This document shows positions 9,316 through 18,626 of a stretch of 30,498 bases of DNA, one piece after another. The notes below the pieces were generated by a model. It was not told the DNA's origin and searched no databases. It saw only the letters and a list, made by a program, of their open reading frames with translations. Position numbers and translations under genes: made by a program. Position 1 is the first letter of the stretch; every line of letters starts with the position of its first letter. Origin of the DNA: Candidatus Parcubacteria bacterium (GTDB lineage: Bacteria; Patescibacteriota; Minisyncoccia; Phycocordibacterales; CAIZLB01); the NCBI GenBank assembly GCA_046049705.1, contig JBJOQZ010000037.1, positions 1-30,498 of the forward strand, read 5' to 3'.

Positions 9316-9346
9316 CTAAAACCATCAGGTTTTAGCCCGATGGTTT
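9316..9346. terminator. Hairpin between convergent comEC and sod
   Basis: AAACCATC(9319-26)...GATGGTTT(9339-46), with an alternative stem CTAAAACC-ATCA-GGTTTTAG (9316-9335). Confidence 0.55.
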
Positions 9347-9409
9347 GTGAAACATGACTATAATACTGCGTTTAACCAACTAACTCATCTTAAAAGAGAC
9401 ACAAATCTA

Positions 9410-10006
9410 CTAGGCAAGATACCTCCTTTCAGCCACTGTCCAATTGAGTGAATTGAACAATGCTTCAACATACTCCTTCTTTTGAGCAGGAATATAGTCA
9501 AAAAGATATGCATGTTCCCAAATATCGAAAGCGACAATAACATCAAGCCCTGTCAAATGTCCGATATGTTGCTCATCAACCCATGCGTTAATGAGTTGAT
9601 TTGTTATTGGATCATGGTACAAAATAGCCCATCCAATACCTCGTGTAAGTGCAGTGGCAGTAAAGTCAGATTTCCACGATTCAAACGAACCCCAGACTTC
9701 ATTTATTTTTAAAGCGAGTGCTGAATCAGCTGCAAGACCTGTTGCACCACCTTCAAATTGTGCAAAGAAATATTCATGGTTTCTGATACCATCAAATTCA
9801 AATGCAAATCTTCGGCGCATTTCATTTCGTGCATAGACGCGTTCCGGTGTGAGGTCTTCGGGTGCACTTGATTGTTTTGCTAATTCCGCTGCAATCAAAT
9901 TGGCATGCTTAACATATCCAGCATATAGCTTGAGGTGCTCCGCAAATGCTTTTTCTGAAATACCTGGCACTACCGGTATGGTAAATGTTTTTTCAATAAA
10001 ATTCAT
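9410..10006 (-). CDS. sod: Fe/Mn superoxide dismutase family protein
   Basis: EHLKLYAGYV, RNHEYFF, GIGWAIL, DIWEHAYLFDY (His, His, Asp, His metal ligands). Start at MNFIEK 10006. Confidence 0.9.
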   Translation of the reverse strand: MNFIEKTFTIPVVPGISEKAFAEHLKLYAGYVKHANLIAAELAKQSSAPEDLTPERVYARNEMRRRFAFEFDGIRNHEYFFAQFEGGATGLAADSALALKINEVWGSFESWKSDFTATALTRGIGWAILYHDPITNQLINAWVDEQHIGHLTGLDVIVAFDIWEHAYLFDYIPAQKKEYVEALFNSLNWTVAERRYLA

Positions 10007-10029
10007 ATGTATTGTTTTATGATCTGGTA

Positions 10030-11193
10030 ATGAATAATATAGATATCGAAGAAAGTCATGATGACAGTGTCTTGTGGGACAAGTCTTTATCACCCTCTAG
10101 ATTTCGGGGGTTAGTATATCACAAGTATACACTCTGCTTTGTTGTAGTTTTAAGTGTCATTGTGTTTGTTATTCAGCTACATATTCTTGGTTGGGTTACA
10201 TTAAAAAAATATCAAAGACACAATCAGGTCTCATTTCTACATATGCTGGATATCGGACAAGGAGATTCTTTTATTATTGATCACTATACTGGTCATCGAA
10301 TTGTTATTGATACAGGTAGTAATTCAAATATATTCATGACACAGCTTTATCAAGATCGCTGTTGTTTAATCAACTACCACAAGACAAGAAAAACTATAGA
10401 TCTACTTTTGCTCACACATGATGATGCAGATCATGCTGCCGCATTAGTAGGACTTCCGTCTGATATCAAAATCGGAACTATTATGACATCTCCATTTACA
10501 TACTCATATATAGAAAAATATATGCAACTAAAAAGTGATCAATTGAAGCTGAAACTAAAATCAAAATCAGAACAAAAATCAGAATCCGAAAAAAGTAAAT
10601 CGACCATACTTCCCGTAACAAATGGATTTAGCTTCAACATATTGAGTGATACATTTGAAATAATTTTTCCAAAGAATCAGGAATCAGTAAGTGAGCAAAG
10701 ATATCAGAAATTAGGCAGCGATAAAACTGAAAAAATTGGATCATCAAACTACTTACCAACTATTTCATCTCGTCGTCCAGAAAACGATAATTCGATTATC
10801 ATGAAAACAACACTAAACAATAAAACTATTTTATTTACTGGCGATGCAGGTTTTGAAGCTGAACTTGCATTGTTTGAGGACGGCAAAATAAAAAAGAAAA
10901 TTGAAAATATAGATATTTTAAAAGTTGGACATCATGGTTCGAAGTATTCGAGTGGTAGAGAATTTCTTGAAATAGCGAAACCTCAATATGCACTTATATC
11001 TGCGGGTAAGAAAAATACATACGGGCACCCACATAAATCCGTCCTTAAAAGACTGGAATCAGCTGGTGTTAAAAAAGAAAATATATTCCGTACTGATACT
11101 TGTGGACAGATACAACTTACAATATACAAAATGGGTGCCATCGGGCACCCAGACTGTAAATCAATATCTTATGATAATAAAGGTTTAGATTAA
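10030..11193 (+). CDS. ComEC-type metallo-beta-lactamase-fold nuclease with N-terminal TM anchor
   Basis: LDIGQGDS, THDDADH, LFTGDA, LKVGHHGS, SAGKKNTYGHPH. Start 10030 (vs 10012) is uncertain. Confidence 0.88.
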   Translation: MNNIDIEESHDDSVLWDKSLSPSRFRGLVYHKYTLCFVVVLSVIVFVIQLHILGWVTLKKYQRHNQVSFLHMLDIGQGDSFIIDHYTGHRIVIDTGSNSNIFMTQLYQDRCCLINYHKTRKTIDLLLLTHDDADHAAALVGLPSDIKIGTIMTSPFTYSYIEKYMQLKSDQLKLKLKSKSEQKSESEKSKSTILPVTNGFSFNILSDTFEIIFPKNQESVSEQRYQKLGSDKTEKIGSSNYLPTISSRRPENDNSIIMKTTLNNKTILFTGDAGFEAELALFEDGKIKKKIENIDILKVGHHGSKYSSGREFLEIAKPQYALISAGKKNTYGHPHKSVLKRLESAGVKKENIFRTDTCGQIQLTIYKMGAIGHPDCKSISYDNKGLD

Positions 11194-11427
11194 ACCTGCT
11201 TTTTTAAGTGTCGCGAAAGCACCATTTTTTTGAATGGTCTTAAGTGCTCGAGTAGATATAGTCAGTCGAACTGACGCATCGAGCTCAGGGATATAAATCT
11301 TCTTTGATTGAAGGTTTGTATACTTTCGAACCATACCAGTCGGGTTGAATTGAGTAGCACGCGTACGGTTTGAGTACCCGCCTCCCATTCGAGACCCTCT
11401 TTTTGTAATTGCGCAAACTTTTGCCAT
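11185..11427 (-). CDS. rpmB: 50S ribosomal protein L28
   Basis: MAKVCAITKRG...RKYTNLQSKKIY...RLTISTRALKTI. It overlaps the MBL gene end convergently by 9 nt. Confidence 0.88.
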   Translation of the reverse strand: MAKVCAITKRGSRMGGGYSNRTRATQFNPTGMVRKYTNLQSKKIYIPELDASVRLTISTRALKTIQKNGAFATLKKAGLI

Positions 11428-11491
11428 AAGTAGAGCTATGCTATCATACATTTTACATTTGGCAATATTATTCTAACTGTTTGTATACAAT

Positions 11492-12100
11492 ATGTTATTT
11501 ATCTTCTCAATCGCAATCCTTATTATGTCGGTAGTCATACATGAATTTGCCCATGGAATTGCAGCACTTTGGCAAGGTGATCCGACAGCAAAGCTCTCAG
11601 GGCGGCTTACCCTAAACCCTATAAAGCACATAGATCCGGTCGGTTCTATTGCAGTTCCTCTGATCTGCGCCATATTGCCTGGTTCAATTATGTTTGGTTG
11701 GGCAAAGCCAGTGCCATTTAATCCTTATAATCTAAGAAATAGGAAATGGGGTGAGGCTATAGTGGCGGGTGCTGGACCACTCTCAAATATCCTTATTGCC
11801 CTTATTTTGAGCCTTATAATTCGTTTTTTCATACCAGTCCTGTCACAACCAGTAGTAGAGCTTTTTATCCTAGCCATACTCACAAATTTGGTTTTAGCGA
11901 TATTTAACCTTGTTCCTTTACCGCCACTCGACGGCTCTAAAATCCTATATTCGCTCTTTCCGGCAAAAATGAGTAGATTTATAGCCATATTCGAGCGGTA
12001 CGGACTCATGTTTACTATCATTTTCATCTTTGCCTTTGTGCAGGTACTCGATCCAATTATTTGGGCGTTATTTAAACTACTTGTCGGTGATATAGGATAG
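11492..12100 (+). CDS. Site-2 protease (peptidase M50) family membrane metalloprotease
   Basis: HEFAH, GRLTLNP, FGWAKPVP, AGPLSN, FNLVPLPPLDG. Confidence 0.93.
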   Translation: MLFIFSIAILIMSVVIHEFAHGIAALWQGDPTAKLSGRLTLNPIKHIDPVGSIAVPLICAILPGSIMFGWAKPVPFNPYNLRNRKWGEAIVAGAGPLSNILIALILSLIIRFFIPVLSQPVVELFILAILTNLVLAIFNLVPLPPLDGSKILYSLFPAKMSRFIAIFERYGLMFTIIFIFAFVQVLDPIIWALFKLLVGDIG

Positions 12101-12118
12101 CACCTAAGGTGAATTTGC

Positions 12119-12147
12119 TTGCTTTTCACTTATACATATAGTAGTCT
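12119..12147 (+). promoter_or_regulatory. Sigma70-type promoter for rpsL-rpsG
   Basis: TTGCTT-17-TAGTCT. Confidence 0.45.
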
Positions 12148-12221
12148 ATACTCCACTTATAGAGGGGTATGAGGTCTTTTATTATTCATCTAGACCTACA
12201 TACATAATATTTAAGTAATTA

Positions 12222-12638
12222 ATGCCAACATTAAATCAATTAGTACGAAAAAACCGATCAAAAACTGCCCGAAAAAGTAAGGCGGTAGCTTTGACTCGTG
12301 GATTCAACCACTTGCTCAACCGACCGGTGTATTATAACTCTCCATTCAAACGAGGTGTATGTACAAAAGTAACAACTAAGACTCCAAAGAAGCCAAACTC
12401 AGCGATTCGAAAGATTGCCCGAGTTCGACTTACAAATGGTATGGAAGTTACTGCCTACATCCCTGGTATGGGACATAACCTCCAAGAGCACTCAGTGGTA
12501 CTTTTGCGAGGTGGACGAGTAAAAGACGTAGGTCTTCGATACACTATCGTTCGAGGTAAACTCGACTGTGCAGGTGTAGATAAGCGACGAAAACAACGGT
12601 CTGCATACGGTGCAAAGCGCCCTAAAGCAGCAAAATAA
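12222..12638 (+). CDS. rpsL: 30S ribosomal protein S12
   Basis: [39 protein letters not shown]. Confidence 0.98.
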   Translation: MPTLNQLVRKNRSKTARKSKAVALTRGFNHLLNRPVYYNSPFKRGVCTKVTTKTPKKPNSAIRKIARVRLTNGMEVTAYIPGMGHNLQEHSVVLLRGGRVKDVGLRYTIVRGKLDCAGVDKRRKQRSAYGAKRPKAAK

Positions 12639-12706
12639 TTATTATCTGTAGAGTAAATATATAGAAAGCGCTATATATTGAAGAACTACCTAACGAATAT
12701 AAAGAA

Positions 12707-13177
12707 ATGCGAAGAAAAATAAAACGAAAAAATATATTAAAGCCAGATATCAAATATAACTCTTTGAATGTGGCTAAATTTATCAACCGAATCATGTGGG
12801 ACGGTAAAAAAGTTACTGCGATGAATGTACTGTATCGAACTTTCGATACTATCGCAGAACAAGCAAAGACTGACAACCCTCTTGAAGTCTTTGAAACAGC
12901 CCTCAAAAATGCTGCCCCAGCGGTTGAAGTACGTTCACGACGAGTCGGTGGTGCAAACTACCAGGTTCCTCGAGAAGTACGACCTGAGCGAAAGAGCTAT
13001 CTTGCTATGGTATGGATTATCGATGCAGCTCGATCAAAAAAAGGAGCACCAATGCATGAAAAGTTAGCTACTGAAATCATTGCAGCTTCTAAAAATGAAG
13101 GTGAAGCTGTAAAGAAAAAAGAGAATACACACAAGATGGCAGAAGCCAACAAGGCATTTGCTCACTTTGCTTGGTAG
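12707..13177 (+). CDS. rpsG: 30S ribosomal protein S7
   Basis: [26 protein letters not shown]. Confidence 0.98.
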   Translation: MRRKIKRKNILKPDIKYNSLNVAKFINRIMWDGKKVTAMNVLYRTFDTIAEQAKTDNPLEVFETALKNAAPAVEVRSRRVGGANYQVPREVRPERKSYLAMVWIIDAARSKKGAPMHEKLATEIIAASKNEGEAVKKKENTHKMAEANKAFAHFAW

Positions 13178-13212
13178 TTTAGTAATCTGTCCCCACAGAC
13201 AAATAATAGACT

Positions 13213-13248
13213 AAAGAAAACACTCGCCACTGCGAGTGTTTTCTTTTT
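13213..13248 (+). terminator. Intrinsic terminator after rpsG (bidirectional form)
   Basis: Perfect 15-bp stem AAAGAAAACACTCGC-CACT-GCGAGTGTTTTCTTT followed by TT. Confidence 0.88.
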
Positions 13249-13255
13249 GATAGTG

Positions 13256-13261
13256 TATAAT
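13256..13261 (+). promoter_or_regulatory. -10 element for the TPR gene, probably leaderless
   Basis: TATAAT followed 7 nt later by ATG 13269. Confidence 0.55.
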
Positions 13262-13268
13262 TCAAGAT

Positions 13269-14300
13269 ATGAAAAAATATATTCTCATTGGTGCAATCTC
13301 AGTGGCATGCATTATTGCGATAACTCTTGTGTTTATTAAAACACAAGAGAAGAAAAGTGTACTTAATCTAGATAATTTATTTCTTTCTGGTGACTATGAC
13401 CAGGCTATTACTAAAGCCACTGAAAAGCTAAATAACAATGAGTCAGATATTGAAGCACTTCTTATTCTGGCAGCAAACTATGCACAAAAAGGGAGTGTCT
13501 CTTTTCGTGAAGAAGAATATTCAGAGAAATCTATTCAATATGCTGATATGGTAATTGCACTAAATCCAAAAATCAGTGAAGCGTTTAGAATTAAAGGATA
13601 TGCATATGAGATACAAGAAAAGTACCCTAAAGCACATGAGAATTATGATCAAGCTATAGTCTTGGATCCAAAAAATTCTTTAGCAATTAGTAATAAGGCG
13701 CATTCATACGATTTAGAAGGGAGAATTGATAAGGCAAAAGAGTTATATACTTATGCACTTACCATTATGCCCAATAATAGCCACGCGTTACTTAATCTTG
13801 CTCGACTACAAGTAAGAGAAAATGATTTTGAAGGAGCAAAAGTTTCGCTTAATAATTTGTTTGCTTCAGAGCCACAGGTCAGATTTTTATCTGAGGGTCA
13901 CATGACTTTATCCTATTTATTTTATCTTGAAGGTGATATAGATTCATCATACGAACACATTGATCTCGCTATCAAAACAGATTCAACCTTGCCACAAGCA
14001 TATGTGCACAGAGCTCGACTTAATCTCGGTGGTGCACTTGATGCCGAGACGCCAGAAGAACTCAATGATGTAGTTACATCTGTCGAAGATGATTTAAATA
14101 GTGCATTAGCAATCAATCCAAATCAGGCAAGCGCATATACTATCTTTATGGAACTTCAGCTTGTGACTGGGGACAGTGCTGCACAAAAAGAATATCAAAG
14201 TAAGGCCCTACAGGCAGTAGAATTAGATATCACACTTGGGAAAGCGGAAAAAGAGTCATTGGTAAAATATTTAAAAGCTAAAGTTCAAGTAATAAAATAA
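13269..14300 (+). CDS. Membrane-anchored/secreted tetratricopeptide-repeat protein
   Basis: N-terminal KK plus hydrophobic helix, then repeated TPR patterns (AIALNPK.SEAF..KG.AY, ALTIMPNN..ALLNLA, AIKTDSTLPQAY..RA). Confidence 0.85.
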   Translation: MKKYILIGAISVACIIAITLVFIKTQEKKSVLNLDNLFLSGDYDQAITKATEKLNNNESDIEALLILAANYAQKGSVSFREEEYSEKSIQYADMVIALNPKISEAFRIKGYAYEIQEKYPKAHENYDQAIVLDPKNSLAISNKAHSYDLEGRIDKAKELYTYALTIMPNNSHALLNLARLQVRENDFEGAKVSLNNLFASEPQVRFLSEGHMTLSYLFYLEGDIDSSYEHIDLAIKTDSTLPQAYVHRARLNLGGALDAETPEELNDVVTSVEDDLNSALAINPNQASAYTIFMELQLVTGDSAAQKEYQSKALQAVELDITLGKAEKESLVKYLKAKVQVIK

Positions 14301-14302
14301 AT

Positions 14303-15868
14303 ATGAAAAAAACAATCTTCTTTCTTGGCATTCTCTTTGTAGTATTCTCTGTCGGTATTGACGTGACCGAGGCGAAAGCAAAAACTAAGAAGAAAGAATG
14401 TAGGTATACGCATATTTGTAACTACAATGTCGAAGTGGATGGAGTAAATTATCGTGTCACTGGTGGAGCAGAATATACTCGAACTTGTGGCAAAAATACA
14501 TTTCCTGCACGAGGGTGTGATTGGATAAGAGCCGAGATTATTAGTCGGATTAATCCTGGCAACCTATCAATGTCATGGGGATTGTCATGTGGAAATACCC
14601 ACTTCTATAGAGCTACAATACTTAGTACATCAGGGATGTGCGGGTCAGCACATGGGGGCACATTTACATCATTCCCCACAAGTGACCTTTGCACAGTTGG
14701 TAGTGTTATCAATAGTGCAGAAACCGATACGTCTTATACATGGGGTTGTGCTGGTACGGGCGGTGGAGCGAGTGCGAGTTGTTCAGCTGCAAAGCAAGTG
14801 AGTTTTGATTTATCTTGCGCAGCTGATCCAGCAACTGGTGTTGCTGGTGCGCCGGTAAACTTTGATGCCACTATCTCAAATAGTCCACAAGGTGAGAATG
14901 AATATACATATAATTGGCTTGTAAATGGAGTGCAATACAGTGATGATGATACGTTCCAATTTACTTTCAATAGTGCAACTGATACTGCTTCAGTTAAGGT
15001 TACTGCTCAGTATGGCTCTGAAGCAAAAGAAGTTGTATGTCCTTTTAATCGAGTTGATTGCAGTGGCGGACAGTATTATTGTGGTGACCAAGTAGACCCT
15101 GTAAGTTATGCTTGTTCAACAGGTCCTTCAAGCTGTCCTGTTGCCTCATGTGGCCCTGGATATGACATATCATTAGATAAAGAACTCGCACCAGGTGGCA
15201 CACTCCAAACTACAAATGTTGGAAATGGATATGTGCTATCAAATAATTTGTGTATAAATGGTAATGAGTTGAAATATGTAAACGGAGTCTCTACTTGGAT
15301 GTTTAATGTTGGATATAGTGCATGGACTTGGAGTTGTTCGCACCCAGATGTTCTTACAAGTGCGAATTGTAAAGCGAGGTGTAAAACGGGTGAGTATTAT
15401 TGCATGGGCCAAGGTGCATGTATTCCTGATACACAAAATTGTGATTGCCCACTAACTGGTACGGGTACAATAGTGGACCAGAGGTCATATTGTACAGATC
15501 AACAAACAGGTACTTGTATGGCCTGTGGAAGTGTTGTGAGGTATTTCAAATTGTCGCCAGACGAGGTGTCTAAAAATCAAGGTCAGCAATGTGGTGCCTA
15601 TTGGGACACAAACCCAGTTGCTGAGGAAAATAAACCTGAAGGTACAACTGATACTCGAGTAAGCTGTAAAATTACGACTGGACAAACAGTTATACCTGTA
15701 TCTTCATCAAACCCAGAAGGAGGAGTGGCCTATGGAGTAGGAATTGCGTCGCATGAACTTACTTGTACTCAGCAGTATCAACTCAATAATGAACCTGAAT
15801 GGCTTGATTTACTCACAAGTTCAATGCCTGCAAAGTGCCGTGCACTACCTGGCGTAATTGAACGTTAG
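14303..15868 (+). CDS. Secreted Cys-rich modular surface protein (PKD/Ig-like domain plus CG..LC..G..WxC..C modules)
   Basis: Signal peptide, about 30 Cys and a PKD-like segment (PVNFDATI...YTYNWLVNG...FTF...VKVTA). It starts 2 nt after the TPR gene stop. Confidence 0.7.
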   Translation: MKKTIFFLGILFVVFSVGIDVTEAKAKTKKKECRYTHICNYNVEVDGVNYRVTGGAEYTRTCGKNTFPARGCDWIRAEIISRINPGNLSMSWGLSCGNTHFYRATILSTSGMCGSAHGGTFTSFPTSDLCTVGSVINSAETDTSYTWGCAGTGGGASASCSAAKQVSFDLSCAADPATGVAGAPVNFDATISNSPQGENEYTYNWLVNGVQYSDDDTFQFTFNSATDTASVKVTAQYGSEAKEVVCPFNRVDCSGGQYYCGDQVDPVSYACSTGPSSCPVASCGPGYDISLDKELAPGGTLQTTNVGNGYVLSNNLCINGNELKYVNGVSTWMFNVGYSAWTWSCSHPDVLTSANCKARCKTGEYYCMGQGACIPDTQNCDCPLTGTGTIVDQRSYCTDQQTGTCMACGSVVRYFKLSPDEVSKNQGQQCGAYWDTNPVAEENKPEGTTDTRVSCKITTGQTVIPVSSSNPEGGVAYGVGIASHELTCTQQYQLNNEPEWLDLLTSSMPAKCRALPGVIER

Positions 15869-15913
15869 TTGTCGCCATACTAGTGACTGCAAGGCATAAG
15901 GGGGTTATCTGCA

Positions 15914-15942
15914 TTGCAAAATACCCTAAATAATGATAATTT
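15914..15942 (+). promoter_or_regulatory. Promoter for fusA
   Basis: TTGCAA-17-TAATTT with TG extension. Confidence 0.45.
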
Positions 15943-15980
15943 AAGCACACGACTTTTTCTCAAAGTCGGTGCTTTTATTT
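15943..15980 (+). terminator. Hairpin plus T-tract upstream of fusA (terminator or leader structure)
   Basis: AAGCAC-A-CGACTTT-TTCTC-AAAGTCG-GTGCTT followed by TTATTT. Confidence 0.55.
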
Positions 15981-16019
15981 AGAAATTTAGAATTTTTTAA
16001 CCATAATTTAATCAAATTT

Positions 16020-18176
16020 ATGAATCGAGATTATCCACTAGAGCGAGTACGAAACTTCGGTATCATCGCTCACATCGACGCAGGTAAGACAACTACATCA
16101 GAACGTGTACTTTACTATACAGGTATGAGTCACAAGATTGGTGAAGTTCACGAAGGTGAGGCCGTAACCGACTGGATGGAACAGGAAAAAGAGCGTGGTA
16201 TTACTATTACTGCCGCTGCAATCACTTGTTTCTGGAACCCTACATATATGGGGGCAGATGTTTCTAAAAAGCACCGATTCAATATTATCGATACACCAGG
16301 TCACGTAGACTTTACCGTAGAAGTAGAACGATCACTCAAGGTTCTCGATGGTGGAGTGGTGGTATTCGACGGAGTGGCCGGAGTAGAGCCACAGTCTGAA
16401 ACTGTATGGCGACAAGCGGACAAGTACCATGTACCTCGAATTTGTTTCATCAATAAGCTTGACCGTATGGGTGCTTCATTTGAGCGATCATATGCATCTA
16501 TCCTCGACCGACTAAACAAAAGCGCCATCCGAATGCAACTTCCAATCGGAGCAGAGGCAGATTTCGAAGGTGTAGTAGACCTTGTAAAGATGAAGGCGTA
16601 CCGATTTGAAGGTGAGATGGGCAGCCAGGTTATTGAAGGAGAAATCCCTGAAAACATGAAAGCTGATGCAGAAAAGTATCGAGCTGAACTTATCGAAAAG
16701 GCTTGTGAATTCAATGAAGATATGATGAATGCATACCTTGAAGGTAAAACTGATTTTACAGTAGATGAAATCAAGGCAGCTATGCGAAAGGGTGTAATTG
16801 CAAACAAAGTATTCCCAGTATTTACTGGTACGGCTCTTAAAAATAAGGGTGTGCAGTTGATTCTCGATGCTGTAGTTGATTATCTTCCATGTCCTACCGA
16901 TGTACCTGCAGTAAAGGGTGTAAATCCAGATACAGGTGAGGAGATTGAACGATCTGCTTCAGACTCTGAACCGTTTGCTGCTCTTGCATTTAAACTCCAA
17001 AACGATCCATTCGTAGGTCAACTTACATTCTTCCGAGTATATTCAGGTACAGTTGAAGCAGGTTCATATCTCTACAACTCAACAACTGGTCAAAAAGAAC
17101 GACTTGGACGAATTGTGCGACTTCAGGCAAATAAGCGAGAAGAAGTAAAGAAAGTATATGCCGGAGAAATTGCAGCAGCTGTAGGCTTGAAAGATGCAAA
17201 GACTTCACATACATTCTGTGATGAAGCTAATCCAATCATCCTTGATCCAATTAAGTTTGCAGAGCCGGTAGTATCACTCAAAATCGAGCCAAAGACTAAG
17301 GCTGATCAGGAAAAGATGGGTATTGCACTTAAGAAATTGATGGATGAAGACCCTACATTCCGAGTATCTTCAAACACTGAAACTGGAGAAACTATTATCT
17401 CTGGTATGGGTGAGCTCCACCTCGAAATCATGGTTGATCGTATGAAGCGAGAATTTAGCGTGGAAGCAAATGTTGGTAAGCCTCAGGTAGCCTACCGAGA
17501 AACTATCCAAGGTTCTGCTGAAGCTGAGTACAAGTACATTAAACAATCTGGAGGTAAGGGTCAATACGGTCACGTAAAGATCACTATCAAGCCGCTTGAA
17601 AAACTTGAAGAAGGAGCAAAAATTCCTAAAAACGTTCACCGAGAAGAAGGGTTTGAATTCATCGACTCTATCAAGGGTGGTGTTATTCCAGTTGAATTTA
17701 TCCCAGCGGTAGAAAAGGGTGTTAAGGAAGCTATGGATCGAGGTATCGTAGCAGGATTCACGCTTACAAACGTATCTTGTGAACTTACATTCGGTTCATA
17801 CCACGATGTAGACTCATCTGAAATCGCATATAAAATTGCAGGTTCTCAGGCATTCCAAGATGCTGCGAAGCGAGCTCGACCTGTTATCCTTGAGCCAATT
17901 ATGAAAGTAGAATGTGTAATGCCAGAACAATTCATGGGTGACGTTACAGGTTCACTCTCTGGAAAGCGAGGTCAAATCGAAGGTATGGAAGAACGAGGAC
18001 AAGGTCTTCGAGTTATCCGAGCCATGGTTCCACTTTCTGAAATGTTCGGTTATACAACTGATATTCGATCTATGACACAAGGACGAGGTTCAATGACTAT
18101 GGAATTTGATCACTACGACGTGGTGCCACCAAACGTTGAGAAGACGATTGTAGAATCACGAAAGGTGACTGCGTAG
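16020..18176 (+). CDS. fusA: Elongation factor G
   Basis: [51 protein letters not shown]. Start at MNRDYP 16020. Confidence 0.98.
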   Translation: MNRDYPLERVRNFGIIAHIDAGKTTTSERVLYYTGMSHKIGEVHEGEAVTDWMEQEKERGITITAAAITCFWNPTYMGADVSKKHRFNIIDTPGHVDFTVEVERSLKVLDGGVVVFDGVAGVEPQSETVWRQADKYHVPRICFINKLDRMGASFERSYASILDRLNKSAIRMQLPIGAEADFEGVVDLVKMKAYRFEGEMGSQVIEGEIPENMKADAEKYRAELIEKACEFNEDMMNAYLEGKTDFTVDEIKAAMRKGVIANKVFPVFTGTALKNKGVQLILDAVVDYLPCPTDVPAVKGVNPDTGEEIERSASDSEPFAALAFKLQNDPFVGQLTFFRVYSGTVEAGSYLYNSTTGQKERLGRIVRLQANKREEVKKVYAGEIAAAVGLKDAKTSHTFCDEANPIILDPIKFAEPVVSLKIEPKTKADQEKMGIALKKLMDEDPTFRVSSNTETGETIISGMGELHLEIMVDRMKREFSVEANVGKPQVAYRETIQGSAEAEYKYIKQSGGKGQYGHVKITIKPLEKLEEGAKIPKNVHREEGFEFIDSIKGGVIPVEFIPAVEKGVKEAMDRGIVAGFTLTNVSCELTFGSYHDVDSSEIAYKIAGSQAFQDAAKRARPVILEPIMKVECVMPEQFMGDVTGSLSGKRGQIEGMEERGQGLRVIRAMVPLSEMFGYTTDIRSMTQGRGSMTMEFDHYDVVPPNVEKTIVESRKVTA

Positions 18177-18215
18177 GGTAATACATCGCTTTAAATTGTA
18201 GGTCAAAATGTAATA

Positions 18216-18243
18216 ACCGCCGGGCCCACAAGGGCCCGGCGGT
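18216..18243 (+). terminator. Very GC-rich hairpin after fusA
   Basis: Perfect 12-bp stem ACCGCCGGGCCC-ACAA-GGGCCCGGCGGT; the U-tract is not immediately adjacent. Confidence 0.65.
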
Positions 18244-18261
18244 CTGCGTTTTGAGTATTTT

Positions 18262-18289
18262 TTGACACATCATAAAAATATGATACTAT
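18262..18289 (+). promoter_or_regulatory. Promoter for tuf-S10 operon
   Basis: TTGACA-16-TACTAT with TGn extension. Confidence 0.7.
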
Positions 18290-18626
18290 TGTCCTCAACG
18301 CATTTAGCGTTTTGTCTCTATCTTCTTTTTTGTTTTTGAAACATAAAGAAAACGACAACATAAGTTACTTTCAATAGCTCGTGAACGTACGTATGATGCC
18401 GAATTATGGCTTTATTAAGCTATAAGACGCGATTGAGTCCATTTGTTCTAGATCAAACCGGTTATTAACAAATCAATTCAATCAAAGCTTCATATAGACC
18501 TCTGACCCTATTGTCTTACAACTACATATTGCGTGGATACCCGTCCCTCGTTTCTTTATATCTATATGAAAAAGAAGCAATGGAGGCAATTTTTATCAAA
18601 CCAAATTATTTAATCAAAACATACAT

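Noticed and set aside
15969-16019. N-terminal extensions of EF-G (from 15969), TPI (from 2021) and SOD (from 10093)
   Set aside because: These are artefacts of longest-ORF calling; they run through promoters or terminators and lack homology.
18566-18613. 15-codon u[18 protein letters not shown] before tuf, and MSATWVEDYV at 24105-24137
   Set aside because: Too short to distinguish from chance; no supporting features.
18177-18626. tRNA genes between fusA and tuf
   Set aside because: No T-loop (GGTTCRANTCC) or cloverleaf was seen.
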